DNA of 63,458 nucleotides, filler included, from Octopus bimaculoides (lineage: Eukaryota): NCBI RefSeq assembly GCF_001194135.2. It is 6 parts of 5 records of this genome, joined end to end, with 100 filler letters (N's around TTAATTAATTAA, not from the genome) between each part and the next. Parts side by side here need not be neighbours in the genome. Positions count along the whole stretch, not along the records: positions 50,948 to 54,066 come from NC_068994.1; positions 54,167 to 60,316 come from NC_069005.1; positions 60,417 to 63,458 come from NC_069010.1; 3 more parts are not named here. One strand, written 5' to 3'. The translations under genes were made by a program, and so were the position numbers. This document shows positions 52,790 through 63,458 of the stretch, piece by piece. Positions within the stretch are counted from its first letter, which is position 1, and every line of letters begins with the position of its first letter. The notes under the pieces are model-generated. The model was not told the origin of the DNA and searched no databases. It saw only the letters and a program-made list of their open reading frames with translations.

Positions 52790-52980
52790 TTGTACTCTCT
52801 ACATCGCTCAACAACCGATGCTGGTGTGTTTAGGTTCCCGTAACGTAGCGATTCGGTAAAACAACCGATAGAATAAGTACTAGGCTTACAAAGATTAAGT
52901 CCTGGGGTCGATTTGCTTCCACTAAAGGTAGTACCGAAGCATGGTCGAGTTAAAGGACTGAAAACAGTAAAAGAGTAAAA
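52790..52980 (+). mobile_element. SINE family C tail half
   Basis: caaccgatgctggtgtgttt..agaataagtactaggcttacaaag..gactgaaaacagtaaaagagtaaaaga. Confidence 0.8.
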
Positions 52981-53174
52981 GAATATATATATATATAATG
53001 TTAAATTCAAATTGGTAGGTTTATTTACTTATCTGTGTCTATGGATGTGGGTATGCATATATACTCACAAATGTGAGAGGGTGTATATATAAGCGCATAA
53101 GATTATATATTGGTCTATGTATGTATGTATGTACGGATATGTATATGTATATATATATATATATATATACAAAA

Positions 53175-53242
<68 letters not shown>

Positions 53243-54066
53243 ATATATACTTATGTATAGTTGCCTAAATATATGTATGTATATAATGTTGCATAAATAT
53301 ATGTACTATATAGGCGTTTGTATGGAAATGCAAAGTTCAGCTCAAGAAATTCATATGTGTGGCTGGTTGTGGGTCCCCGAGAACGTTTCAGCAAAACATC
53401 AAAACACATCATCTCACGTTGCTCTGCAACTACTTCGACAAATGTCACGTGGTACAGTCTGAAAGTGTACAACCAATGTCGATTCTGTGTTGGCAGTCAG
53501 TCAGTCAATCTGCAGCAGCGAAAGTCATTTGATCGCTGCAAGCCAATCATCCGTGCAAGTTCTTCAGCAAGCGACTGCAAAATCCCTCATCTGTCAGGAG
53601 AGTCTTTGACATGTACATGCGTGTCTGCGCACGGCGCGTGCGTGTGTGAGAGTGAGTAAACGCGTATGCGTTTGTAAGTTTATATATATAAGTTTCTATT
53701 TACAAATATATTTGTATAATCATAGATACACGCAGACAGAAAAGGCTATATTTTCACATTTATTCTCTTAAATATATACGTTGGGTGACACTGCTAGAAA
53801 TGAGCAACTGATACGAAGCATAAATTTCGAAAATGTCGTTATTTCGTATTTCTACTATTGTTTTGTGTAATTATGGCATTTCCAAGCAGCTTTAAATCAC
53901 TTTGACACGTATCACTGCTTAGTCTTGCATAGCAAAACTGTAATCAGACATAAGACATGAAGTGTGATTACGAGTCTTTTATGGCTATATAGTTGAAATG
54001 CAATATGTTTCTATACAATGTACCGAATACGCACACACACACACACTCGCATATACTCACACATAC

Positions 54067-54166
54067 NNNNNNNNNNNNNNNNNNNNNNNNNNNNNNNNNN
54101 NNNNNNNNNNTTAATTAATTAANNNNNNNNNNNNNNNNNNNNNNNNNNNNNNNNNNNNNNNNNNNN
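54067..54166. other. Artificial assembly join
   Basis: 44 N + TTAATTAATTAA (54111-54122) + 44 N. Confidence 0.95.
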
Positions 54167-57100
54167 GTTCGTTATTTCGTGCGTTCCTACTTCCGTTCGT
54201 TCGTTCCTACTTCCGTTCGTTCGTTCGTTCTCATTTACGTACGTACATTCGAACTTCGTTCGCATTTACGTACGAACATTCGAACTTCGTTCGTGAGATC
54301 GTTCTTTCGTTCGGTCTTTCGTTCATACTTACGTACCTTCGTTTGTTCGTTCGTTCGTACGAACTTGCGTTCGTTCTTTCGATCTTTCGTTCGGTCATTC
54401 GTTCGTTCGTTCGTCCGTTCGTACGTACGTGCGTTCGTTCGATCGTTCGTTCCTTCTTTCGTGCATTCGTACGTACGTACGATCGTTCGTTCGTACGTAC
54501 GTACTTACGTACGTTCGTTCCTTCGNNNNNNNNNNNNNNNNNNNNNNNNNNNNNNNNNNNNNNNNNNNNNNNNNNNNNNNNNNNNNNNNNNNNNNNNNNN
54601 NNNNNNNNNNNNNNNNNNNNNNNNNNNNNNNNNNNNNNNNNNNNNNNNNNNNNNNNNNNNNNNNNNNNNNNNNNNNNNNNNNNNNNNNNNNNNNNNNNNN
54701 NNNNNNNNNNNNNNNNNNNNNNNNNNNNNNNNNNNNNNNNNNNNNNNNNNNNNNNNNNNNNNNNNNNNNNNNNNNNNNNNNNNNNNNNNNNNNNNNNNNN
54801 NNNNNNNNNNNNNNNNNNNNNNNNNNNNNNNNNNNNNNNNNNNNNNNNNNNNNNNNNNNNNNNNNNNNNNNNNNNNNNNNNNNNNNNNNNNNNNNNNNNN
54901 NNNNNNNNNNNNNNNNNNNNNNNNNNNNNNNNNNNNNNNNNNNNNNNNNNNNNNNNNNNNNNNNNNNNNNNNNNNNNNNNNNNNNNNNNNNNNNNNNNNN
55001 NNNNNNNNNNNNNNNNNNNNNNNNNNNNNNNNNNNNNNNNNNNNNNNNNNNNNNNNNNNNNNNNNNNNNNNNNNNNNNNNNNNNNNNNNNNNNNNNNNNN
55101 NNNNNNNNNNNNNNNNNNNNNNNNNNNNNNNNNNNNNNNAACGAACGTACTTAAGTACCTACGAAGATCGAACGTACGTACGTACGAACGAACGATCGTA
55201 GGTACGAACGATCGAAGGAACGAACGAAAGAAAGAACGTACGTAATTAAGTACGAACGAACGATCGTACTTACATACGAACGAAGGATATAACGAACGAA
55301 CGTCCGTACGTACGTACATACGTACGAACAAAGAAACGAACGAACGTACGTACGTACGAACAAACAAACGAACGTAGGAACGCAAGTTCGTACGAACGAA
55401 CGAACAAACGAGCGAACGAAGGTACGTAAGCACGAACGAACGAACGACCGAACGAAGGTACGTACGCACGAACGACCGAACGAAGGTACGTAAGCACGAA
55501 CGAACGAACTAACGAACAAACGAACGTAAGTACGTACGTAAGAACAAACGAACGAACGAAAGAACGAACGCACGTGCGTACATACGTACGAACGAAAGAA
55601 CGAACGTATGTACGTACGAACGAACGATCGAATGAAAGAACGTACGTACGAACGAATGCACGAACCCACGAAAGAACGAACGTACGTACATACGAATGAA
55701 AGAACGAAGGAACGAACGAACGTACGCACGTTCGCACGTACATACGAACGAACGAACGAACGATCGAAGGAACGAACATGCGTGAGTACGTACGTACGAA
55801 TGCACGAAAGAAGGAAGGAACGATCGAACGAACGAACGAAAGAACGTACGTACATACGTACGTAGGAATGACCGACCGAACGAACGAATGAACGAACGAA
55901 CGAACGTACGTACGCACGAACGAACATACGTACGAACGAAAGAACGAACGTACGTACGAATGAACGAAACCACGAACGAACGAAAGAACGAACGTACGTT
56001 CGTACGTACTTAAGAACGAACGAACTAACGATTGAACCTACGTACATACGTAAGTATGTACGAATGAACGAACGTATGTACGTACGTACGAATGCACGAA
56101 CGAACGTATATACGAAGGAAAGAATGAACGTACGTACACACGAACGACCGAACGTACGTTAGTAAGTACGTCCAAACGAACGAACGTATATACGTACGTA
56201 TGTACGTATGTAGTTAAGTATGAACGAAAGAACGAACATACTTACATACGTACGTACGAACGACCGAAGGAACGAACGAACAACTAAACGTATGTTCGTA
56301 CGTACGAACCAACGAACGAATGAAGGAAAGAACGTACGTACGGAATTACGTATGTACGATCGATCGAACGAACGAACGAACGAACGAACGAACGAACGTA
56401 CGTACGTAATGAACGAAACCACGACCGAATGAACGAACAAACGTACGTAAGTACGTACGAACGAAAGATCGAACGAAGGTACGTAAGTACGAACGAACAA
56501 ACGAACTAACGAACTAACGAATGAACGTACGTACGTACGTACGAATCCACGAAAGAACGAACGAACGTACGTTCGTATGTAAGTTCGTAAGTAGGTACGA
56601 ACGAACGATCGTTGGAAAGTACGTACGTACGTACGAATAAAAGAACGAACGCAAGTTCGTACGAACGAACGAACAAACGACCGAACGAAGGTACGTAAGT
56701 ATGAACGATCGAACGAACGACCGAACGTACGTTCGTACGTACGAACAAATGAACGAACGAACGATCGAACGAACAAATGCAAGATCGAACGTAAGAACGC
56801 ACTTTCGTACGAACGAAGGTACGTAAGTACGAACGAACAAACGAACTAACGAACTAACGAATGNNNNNNNNNNNNNNNNNNNNNNNNNNNNNNNNNNNNN
56901 NNNNNNNNNNNNNNNNNNNNNNNNNNNNNNNNNNNNNNNNNNNNNNNNNNNNNNNNNNNNNNNNNNNNNNNNNNNNNNNNNNNAAACGAACTAACGAACT
57001 AACGAATGAACGTACGTACGTACGTACGAATCCACGAAAGAACGAACGAACGTACGTACGAATGTAGTTAATTTAGAACGAACGTACGTACGTACGAATG

Positions 57101-60100
57101 AACGAAGCCATTAACGAACGAAAGAAGGAACCTACGTACATACGTACGTATGTACGAGTGAACGAACTAACGAACGAACGTACGTAGGTACGTACGTACG
57201 AATGCACGAAAGAACGAACGAACGATCGACGGTCGAACGTACGTACGCACGTACTTAAGTACGTACGTCCAAACGAACGAACGTATATACGTACGTATGT
57301 ACGAACGAACGAAAGAACGAACGTACGTACATACGTACGTAAGAACGACGGAGCGAACGAACGAACGAACGAACGAATGTATATACGTACGTATGTACGA
57401 AAGAATGAACGAACGAAAGAACGAACGTACGTACATAAGAACGAACGATCGTTCGTACGAAAGAACGAACGTACGTACATAAGAACGAACGAATGTTCGT
57501 ACGTAAATGCGAACGAAGTTCGAATGTACGTACGTAAATGCGAACGAACGAACGAACGGAAGTAGGAACGCACGAAATAACGAACGTACGTAAGTACGTA
57601 CGAAGATCGAACGTACGTACGTACGAACGAACGATCGTAGGTACGAACGAACCAACGCCCGAACGATCGAAGGAACGAACGAACGTCCGTACGTACATAC
57701 GTACGAACGAAGAAACGAACGAACGTACGTACGTACGAACAAACAAACGAACGTAGGAAGGCAAGTTCGTACGAACGAACGAAGAAAACGAGCGAACGAA
57801 GGTACGTAAGCACAAACGAACGAAAGAACTTACGTACGTAATTACTTATGTACGATCGAACGAACGATCGATCGAACGGAAGTAGGAATGCACGAAATAA
57901 CGAACGAACGAAAGAAAGAACGTACGTAATTAAGTACGAACGAACGTACGCACGTTCGCACGTACATACGTACGGACGAAAGAACGAAAGAACGTACGTA
58001 CATACGTACGTACGAATGACCGACCGAACGAACGAACGAACGAACGAACGTATGTACGCACGAACGAACATACGTACGAACGAAAGAACGAACGTACGTA
58101 CGAATGAACAAACCCACGAACGAAAGAACGAACGTACTAACGAATGAACCTACGTACATACGTAAGTATGTACGAACGAACGAACAACTGAACGTATGTT
58201 CGTACGTACGAACGAACGAACGAATGAAGGAAAGAACGTACGTACGAAACCACGACCGAATGAACGAATAAACGTACGTAAGTACGTACGAACGAAAGAT
58301 CGAACGAACGAAGGTACGTAAGTACGAACGAACGAACGAACTAACGAATGAACGTACGTACGAATCCACGAAAGAACGAACGAACGTACGTACGTATGTA
58401 AGTGCGTAAGTAGGTACGCATGAACGAACGAACGATCGTTGGAAAGTACGTACGTACGTACGAATAAAAGAAGGAACGAACGAACTAGCGAACGAACGTG
58501 CGTTCGTACGTACGAATGCACGAAAGAAGGAACGAATGAAGAAACGAACGTACGCACGTACAAACGTAAGAAGGAACGAACGAACGTACGTACGTACGAA
58601 CGAAAGTTCGAAGTTACTTACGTAAACGCGAACGAATGAACGTGCGTAGGAACGTACGAAATAACGAACGTACGTAAGTACGTATAAAAGATCGAACGAA
58701 CGAACGATCGAAGGAACGGACGTACATACGAACGAACGAAGTTCGAACGACCGGAAGTAGGAACGCACGAAATAACGAACGTACGTAAGTACGTACGTAC
58801 GTACGAACAAACAAACGAACGTAGGAACGCAAGTTCGTACGAACGAACGAACAAACGAGCGAACGAAGGTACGTAAGCACGAACGAACGAAAGAACTTAC
58901 GTACGTAATTACATATGTACGATCGAACGAACGAACGACCGAACGAAGGTACGTAAGCACGAACGAACGAACGAACGAACGTAAGTACGTACGTAAGAAC
59001 AAACGAACGCACGTGCGTACATACGTACGTACGAAAGGACGATCGAAGGAACGAACGAACAAAAGAACGTACGTACGAACGAAAGAACGAACGTATGTAC
59101 GTACGAACGAACGATCGAACGAAAGAACGTACGTACGAACTTACGTACGTACGAACGAACGAACGAACGAAAGAACGAACGTACGTACATACGAATGAAA
59201 GAACGAAGGAATGAACGAACGTACGCACGTTCGCACGTACATACGAACGGACGAACGAACGAATGAACGAACGAAAGAACGTACGTACATACGTACGTAC
59301 GAATGACCGACGGAACGAACGGACGAACGAACGAACGTACGTACGTAATGAACGAAACCACGACCGAATGAACGAACAAACGTACGTAAGTACGTACGAA
59401 CGAAAGAACGAAAGATCGAACGAACGAAGGTACGTAAGTACGAACGAACGAACGAACTAACGAACGAACGTACGTACGTACGTACGAATCCACGAAAGAA
59501 CGAACGAACGTACGTACTATGTAAGTTCGTAAGTAGGTACGCATGAACAAACGAACGATCGTTGGAAAGTACGTACGTACAAATAAAAGAAGGAACGAAC
59601 GAACGTGCGTTCGTACGTACGAATGCACGAAAGAAGGAACGAATGAAGAAACGAACGTACGCACGTAAAAACGTAAGAAGGAACGAACGAACGTACGTAC
59701 GTACGAACAAAAGTTCGAAGTTACTCACGTAAACNNNNNNNNNNAAGAAGGAACGAACGAACGTACGTACGTACGAACAAAAGTTCGAAGTTACTCACGT
59801 AAACGCGAACGAATGAACGTGCGTAGGAACGTACGAAATAACGAACGTACGTAAGTACGTACGAAAGATCGAACGAACGAACGTTCGAAGGGACGGACGG
59901 ACATACGAACGAACGATCACACGTAGGTACGTACATACGAATGAACGAACGAACGAACGAACGACCGAACGAACGAACGTTCTCACGAACGAAGTTCGAA
60001 TGTTCGTACGTAAATGCGACCGAAATTCGAATGTACGTACGTAAATGCGAACGAACGAACGAACGGAAGTAGGAACGCACGAAATAACGAACGTACGTAA

Positions 60101-60316
60101 GCACGTACGAAGATCGAACGTACGTACGTACGAACGAACGATCGTAGGTACGAACGAACCAACGCCCGAACGATCGAAGGAACAAACGAAAGAAAGTACG
60201 TACGTAATTAAGTACGAACGAACGATCGTACTTACATACGAACGAAGGATTTAACGAACGAACGTCCGTACGTACATATGTACGAACGAAGAAACGAACG
60301 AACGTACGTACGTACG
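54167..60316. repeat. CpG-dense complex satellite of ACGA/ACGT/ACAT tetramers with higher-order structure
   Basis: Almost all called bases are CGAA/CGTA/TACG words. Longer landmark segments recur (e.g. CAAGTTCGTACGAAC at 55383, 56652, 57762, 58830). 54167-54525 is in the opposite orientation. Confidence 0.95.
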
Positions 60317-60416
60317 NNNNNNNNNNNNNNNNNNNNNNNNNNNNNNNNNNNNNNNNNNNNTTAATTAATTAANNNNNNNNNNNNNNNNNNNNNNNNNNNN
60401 NNNNNNNNNNNNNNNN
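60317..60416. other. Artificial assembly join
   Basis: 44 N + TTAATTAATTAA (60361-60372) + 44 N. Confidence 0.95.
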
Positions 60417-60436
60417 AAAGAAACAAGACTGGTCAT

Positions 60437-60745
60437 TCACTCTGTACAACTTCGATGGCCATGGAAAGATCCGGAGAGAGGTTTGTACACTGTAGATCTT
60501 AACACATTTTCATCAATTTCATTTTTTTCTATATCATTTTTTTTTTTCTCTAATATATCATGAGTGGATTGACTGGGTATTGAACCAGCTGTCAATAGAT
60601 CTCTGATCTCTGGTGCACCTCTTGTCATTGGGGGTTGTATATAGCCCATATGCACAGCCCACTCAGCTGTATGTAGGTACCACTCTGTGACATAGTTCAA
60701 TATACCTTCTCTGTGATTAACACACTGAACTGTCGACAGTCCACT
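60437..60745 (-). CDS. Candidate terminal coding exon of an unidentified gene
   Basis: Acceptor cacagctatgtag|AGT, then 102 non-repetitive codons (SGLSTVQCVNHREGILNYVTEWYLHTAEWAVHMGYIQPPMTRGAPEIRDLL...HRSCTE*). Protein-like composition; no family recognised. Confidence 0.5.
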   Translation of the reverse strand, partial: SGLSTVQCVNHREGILNYVTEWYLHTAEWAVHMGYIQPPMTRGAPEIRDLLTAGSIPSQSTHDILEKKKNDIEKNEIDENVLRSTVYKPLSGSFHGHRSCTE

Positions 60746-60761
60746 CTACATAGCTGTGAAT

Positions 60762-60818
<57 letters not shown>

Positions 60819-61344
60819 CAATATTTTAAGTTAACATACATATCATTTAATATACACCTTACATTGATATGAGCTACTAGCAGTTTCTTGCTTTGGAGAC
60901 ATGTGTCTAGGGAGGTTTTTATAACATGCCTTGTAGCTCATATCTTTATAGTGTGTGCATTAAATGATATTTATCTCTCACTGGATGGAGTACTTTCTTT
61001 GCCAATCTTACCTTAATGGAACAGTAAGTGCATACATACAAACATACATACATATCATCATCATCATCATTTAACGTCTGCTTTCCATGCTAGCATGATA
61101 TATATATATATATACATACATATATATATAGACCATAGTTAAGCTCCAGGTTTGGTGATCGTTATATATCAGCGTGTGCATATATAAATTTTTTTTTTTT
61201 TTTTTTCACAATGAGATAAAAAAAAAACCAAGGTTTTGAAGATTTTAGAACATTTATAAATAGAAGGTTTTACAGCTGTTTCCAGAATATTTATTATATC
61301 CCTTCATCGGAAGGACATAATAAATGTATGTGTGTGTATATGTT

Positions 61345-61530
61345 TGTGTGTCTGTCTTTGTCCCCCAACATCACTTGACAACCGATGCTTAGCAGTTCGG
61401 CAAAAGAGACGGATAGAATAAGTACTAGGCTTACAAAGAATAAGTCCCGGGGTCGATTTCTTCGACTAAAGGCAGTGCTCCAGCATGGCCGCAGTCAAAT
61501 GACTGAAACAAGTAAAAGAGTGAAAGGGTA
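61345..61530 (+). mobile_element. SINE family C tail half
   Basis: ttgtcccccaacatcacttgacaaccgatgc..ctccagcatggccgcagtcaaatgactgaaacaagtaaaagag. Confidence 0.85.
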
Positions 61531-62334
61531 AAAGAGTTTATTGTCTGAGCCTGTTTATATTTTAATTATGTTTATTTTGTTAACTTTGTTGTGATATTTT
61601 CTCCCTCCTCTTTCCTATTTCTGTCCNNNNNNNNNNNNNNNNNNNNNNNNNNNNNNNNNNNNNNNNNNNNNNNNNNNNNNNNNNNNNNNNNNNNNNNNNN
61701 NNNNNNNNNNNNNNNNNNNNNNNNNNNNNNNNNNNNNNNNNNNNNNNNNNNNNNNNNNNNNNNNNNNNNNNNNNNNNNNNNNNNNNNNNNNNNNNNNNNN
61801 NNNNNNNNNNNNNNNNNNNNNNNNNNNNNNNNNNNNNNNNNNNNNNNNNNNNNNNNNNNNNNNNNNNNNNNNNNNNNNNNNNNNNNNNNNNNNNNNNNNN
61901 NNNNNNNNNNNNNNNNNNNNNNNNNNNNNNNNNNNNNNNNNNNNNNNNNNNNNNNNNNNNNNNNNNNNNNNNNNNNNNNNNNNNNNNNNNNNNNNNNNNN
62001 NNNNNNNNNNNNNNNNNNNNNNNNNNNNNNNNNNNNNNNNNNNNNNNNNNNNNNNNNNNNNNNNNNNNNNNNNNNNNNNNNNNNNNNNNNNNNNNNNNNN
62101 NNNNNNNNNNNNNNNNNNNNNNNNNNNNNNNNNNNNNNNNNNNNNNNNNNNNNNNNNNNNNNNNNNNNNNNNNNNNNNNNNNNNNNNNNNAAGGTGACGC
62201 AACTTTCTACATACTTACTTCTCTATCTCTCTCTCTCTCTATCTCTCCCTCTATCTATCTATCTCTCTCTCTCTCACTCTCTCCTATTTGCCTCCCTCTC
62301 CCTCTCTACATTTCTCTGCCTCTCTTATTTTCTT

Positions 62335-62560
62335 ATTGCCCACAAGGGGGCTAAACATAGAGGGGGACAAACAAGGACAGACACAGGGATTAAGTCGATT
62401 ACATCGACCCCCAGTGCGTAACTGATACTTAATTTATCGACACCCGAAAGGATGAAAGGCAAAGTCGACCTCGGCGGAATTTGAACTCAGAACGTAACGG
62501 TAGACGAAATACCGCTAAGCATTACGCCCGGCGTGCTAACAGTTCTGCCAGCTCGTCGCT
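62335..62560 (-). mobile_element. SINE family A
   Basis: Near-identical to the 16140-16375 copy, including cccacaagggg..ggggacaaa..ggacagac. Confidence 0.87.
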
Positions 62561-62644
62561 CTCTCTTCACCCTCTCTCTCTCACTTTCTCTACGCATCTC
62601 TCTCTCTCTCTCTTTCTCTCTACACCTCTCTCTCTCTCTTTACA

Positions 62645-63120
62645 TTGCACCAGCAGGGGTGCTTTATATGTGGGGCCAGCACAGGTGCTTTTTATGTGGT
62701 CCCAGCATGGGTGCTTTTTCACATGGCACCAGCATGGGTGCTTTTTATGTGGCCCCAGCATGGGTGCTTTTTATGTGGCCTCAGCATGGGTGCTTTTTCA
62801 CATGGCACCAGCATGGGTGCTTTTTATGTGGCCCCAGCACGGGTGCTTTTTATGTGGCCCCAGCATGGGTACTTTTTATGTGGCCCCAGCATGGGTGCTT
62901 TTTATGTGGCCCCCAGCATGGGTGCTTTTTCACATGGCACCAGCACAGGTTCTTTTTATGTGTCACTAGTGCTTTCCACATGGCACCACCACCAGTGCCT
63001 TTTCTGTGGCACCACCACCAGTGCCTTTTCTGTGGCACCAGTGCCTCTTCTGTGGCACCAGCACAGATGCTTTATTTGTGACCCCAGCATCAGTGCTTTT
63101 TGTGTGGCACCAGCACAAAC
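62645..63120. repeat. 26/27-bp minisatellite (ATGTGGCCCCAGCATGGGTGCTTTTT), about 11-12 copies followed by shorter degenerate units
   Basis: Directly visible tandem units; a 27-bp variant CACATGGCACCAGCATGGGTGCTTTTT recurs. Confidence 0.92.
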
Positions 63121-63264
63121 TATATTTCTTCTGGCAAGGGCTTTAAGACTGGTGTGGGAAGAAGGAAGGGGATTTATGATTGCCATTGTTACCTATTGTT
63201 GTTGCTGTTGTTGCTATAGTAACCTAACATTGCTTTTTTTTTTTTATTCTTCATCTCTTTGCAG

Positions 63265-63458
63265 GAAGCTGCCCGAAACCAGTCAGCACCGCCACCACCA
63301 CCACCACCAGCGGCACCGCCACCATCACCACCACCACCACAGAGAGGGCAAGAGGCACAAGCATAACGGCGTGAGGAAGCAGGGCATCGAGAACCAGGAT
63401 CCGTGCCACAACATCATCACCAACAACAACAACAACAACGACGATGATGATAAGGATG
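63265..63458 (+). CDS. Candidate His-rich exon running off the window end
   Basis: Very strong acceptor ttttttattcttcatctctttgcag|G. Only the phase-2 frame stays open to the end: KLPETSQHRHHHHHQRHRHHHHHHHREGKRHKHNGVRKQGIENQDPCHNIITNNNNNNDDDDKD. Low complexity reduces certainty. Confidence 0.45.

Noticed and set aside
53318-53659. 113-aa plus-strand ORF
   Set aside because: No domain or codon-like signature; starts at a non-ATG codon in microsatellite flank; better explained as promoter-like sequence.
54179-60254. Many long ORFs (up to 412 aa) rich in RSFV/RTYV/TNER
   Set aside because: They are translations of a tetranucleotide satellite that lacks stop codons in several frames; no splice or domain evidence.
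54167-60316. CRISPR-like or other repeat-spacer interpretation of the satellite (and of the 26-bp array at 62645)
   Set aside because: No constant repeat separated by unique spacers, no cas genes, eukaryotic context.

Overview
Eukaryotic, AT-rich, microsatellite-saturated draft genomic DNA. The tRNA-derived SINE families and repeat style point to an octopus; this is an inference, not a database result. The window is not contiguous: five identical 100-base spacers (44 N + TTAATTAATTAA + 44 N) join six blocks (1-21531, 21632-36916, 37017-50847, 50948-54066, 54167-60316, 60417-63458). Two genes are well supported, both on the minus strand. (1) A complete four-exon PRDM8-type gene (8650-8600, 7853-7698, 6652-6433, 3761-2479; 569 aa; PR/SET domain, one internal Zn finger, two C-terminal C2H2 fingers). 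(2) The first two coding exons of an NR2E (PNR-like/NR2E6-type) nuclear receptor (29597-29570, 26481-26242); I could not find its hinge or ligand-binding exons in the window. Several orphan exon candidates remain unassigned. The rest is SINEs, decayed mariner/RTE/Tx1/RLE-LINE/Penelope-like fragments, MITEs, minisatellites, a long palindrome and a 6.1 kb CpG-dense ACGA/ACGT satellite with higher-order structure. Repeat boundaries are approximate (read by eye). I see no CRISPR, rRNA or intact tRNA genes, and no clear novel multi-gene system.
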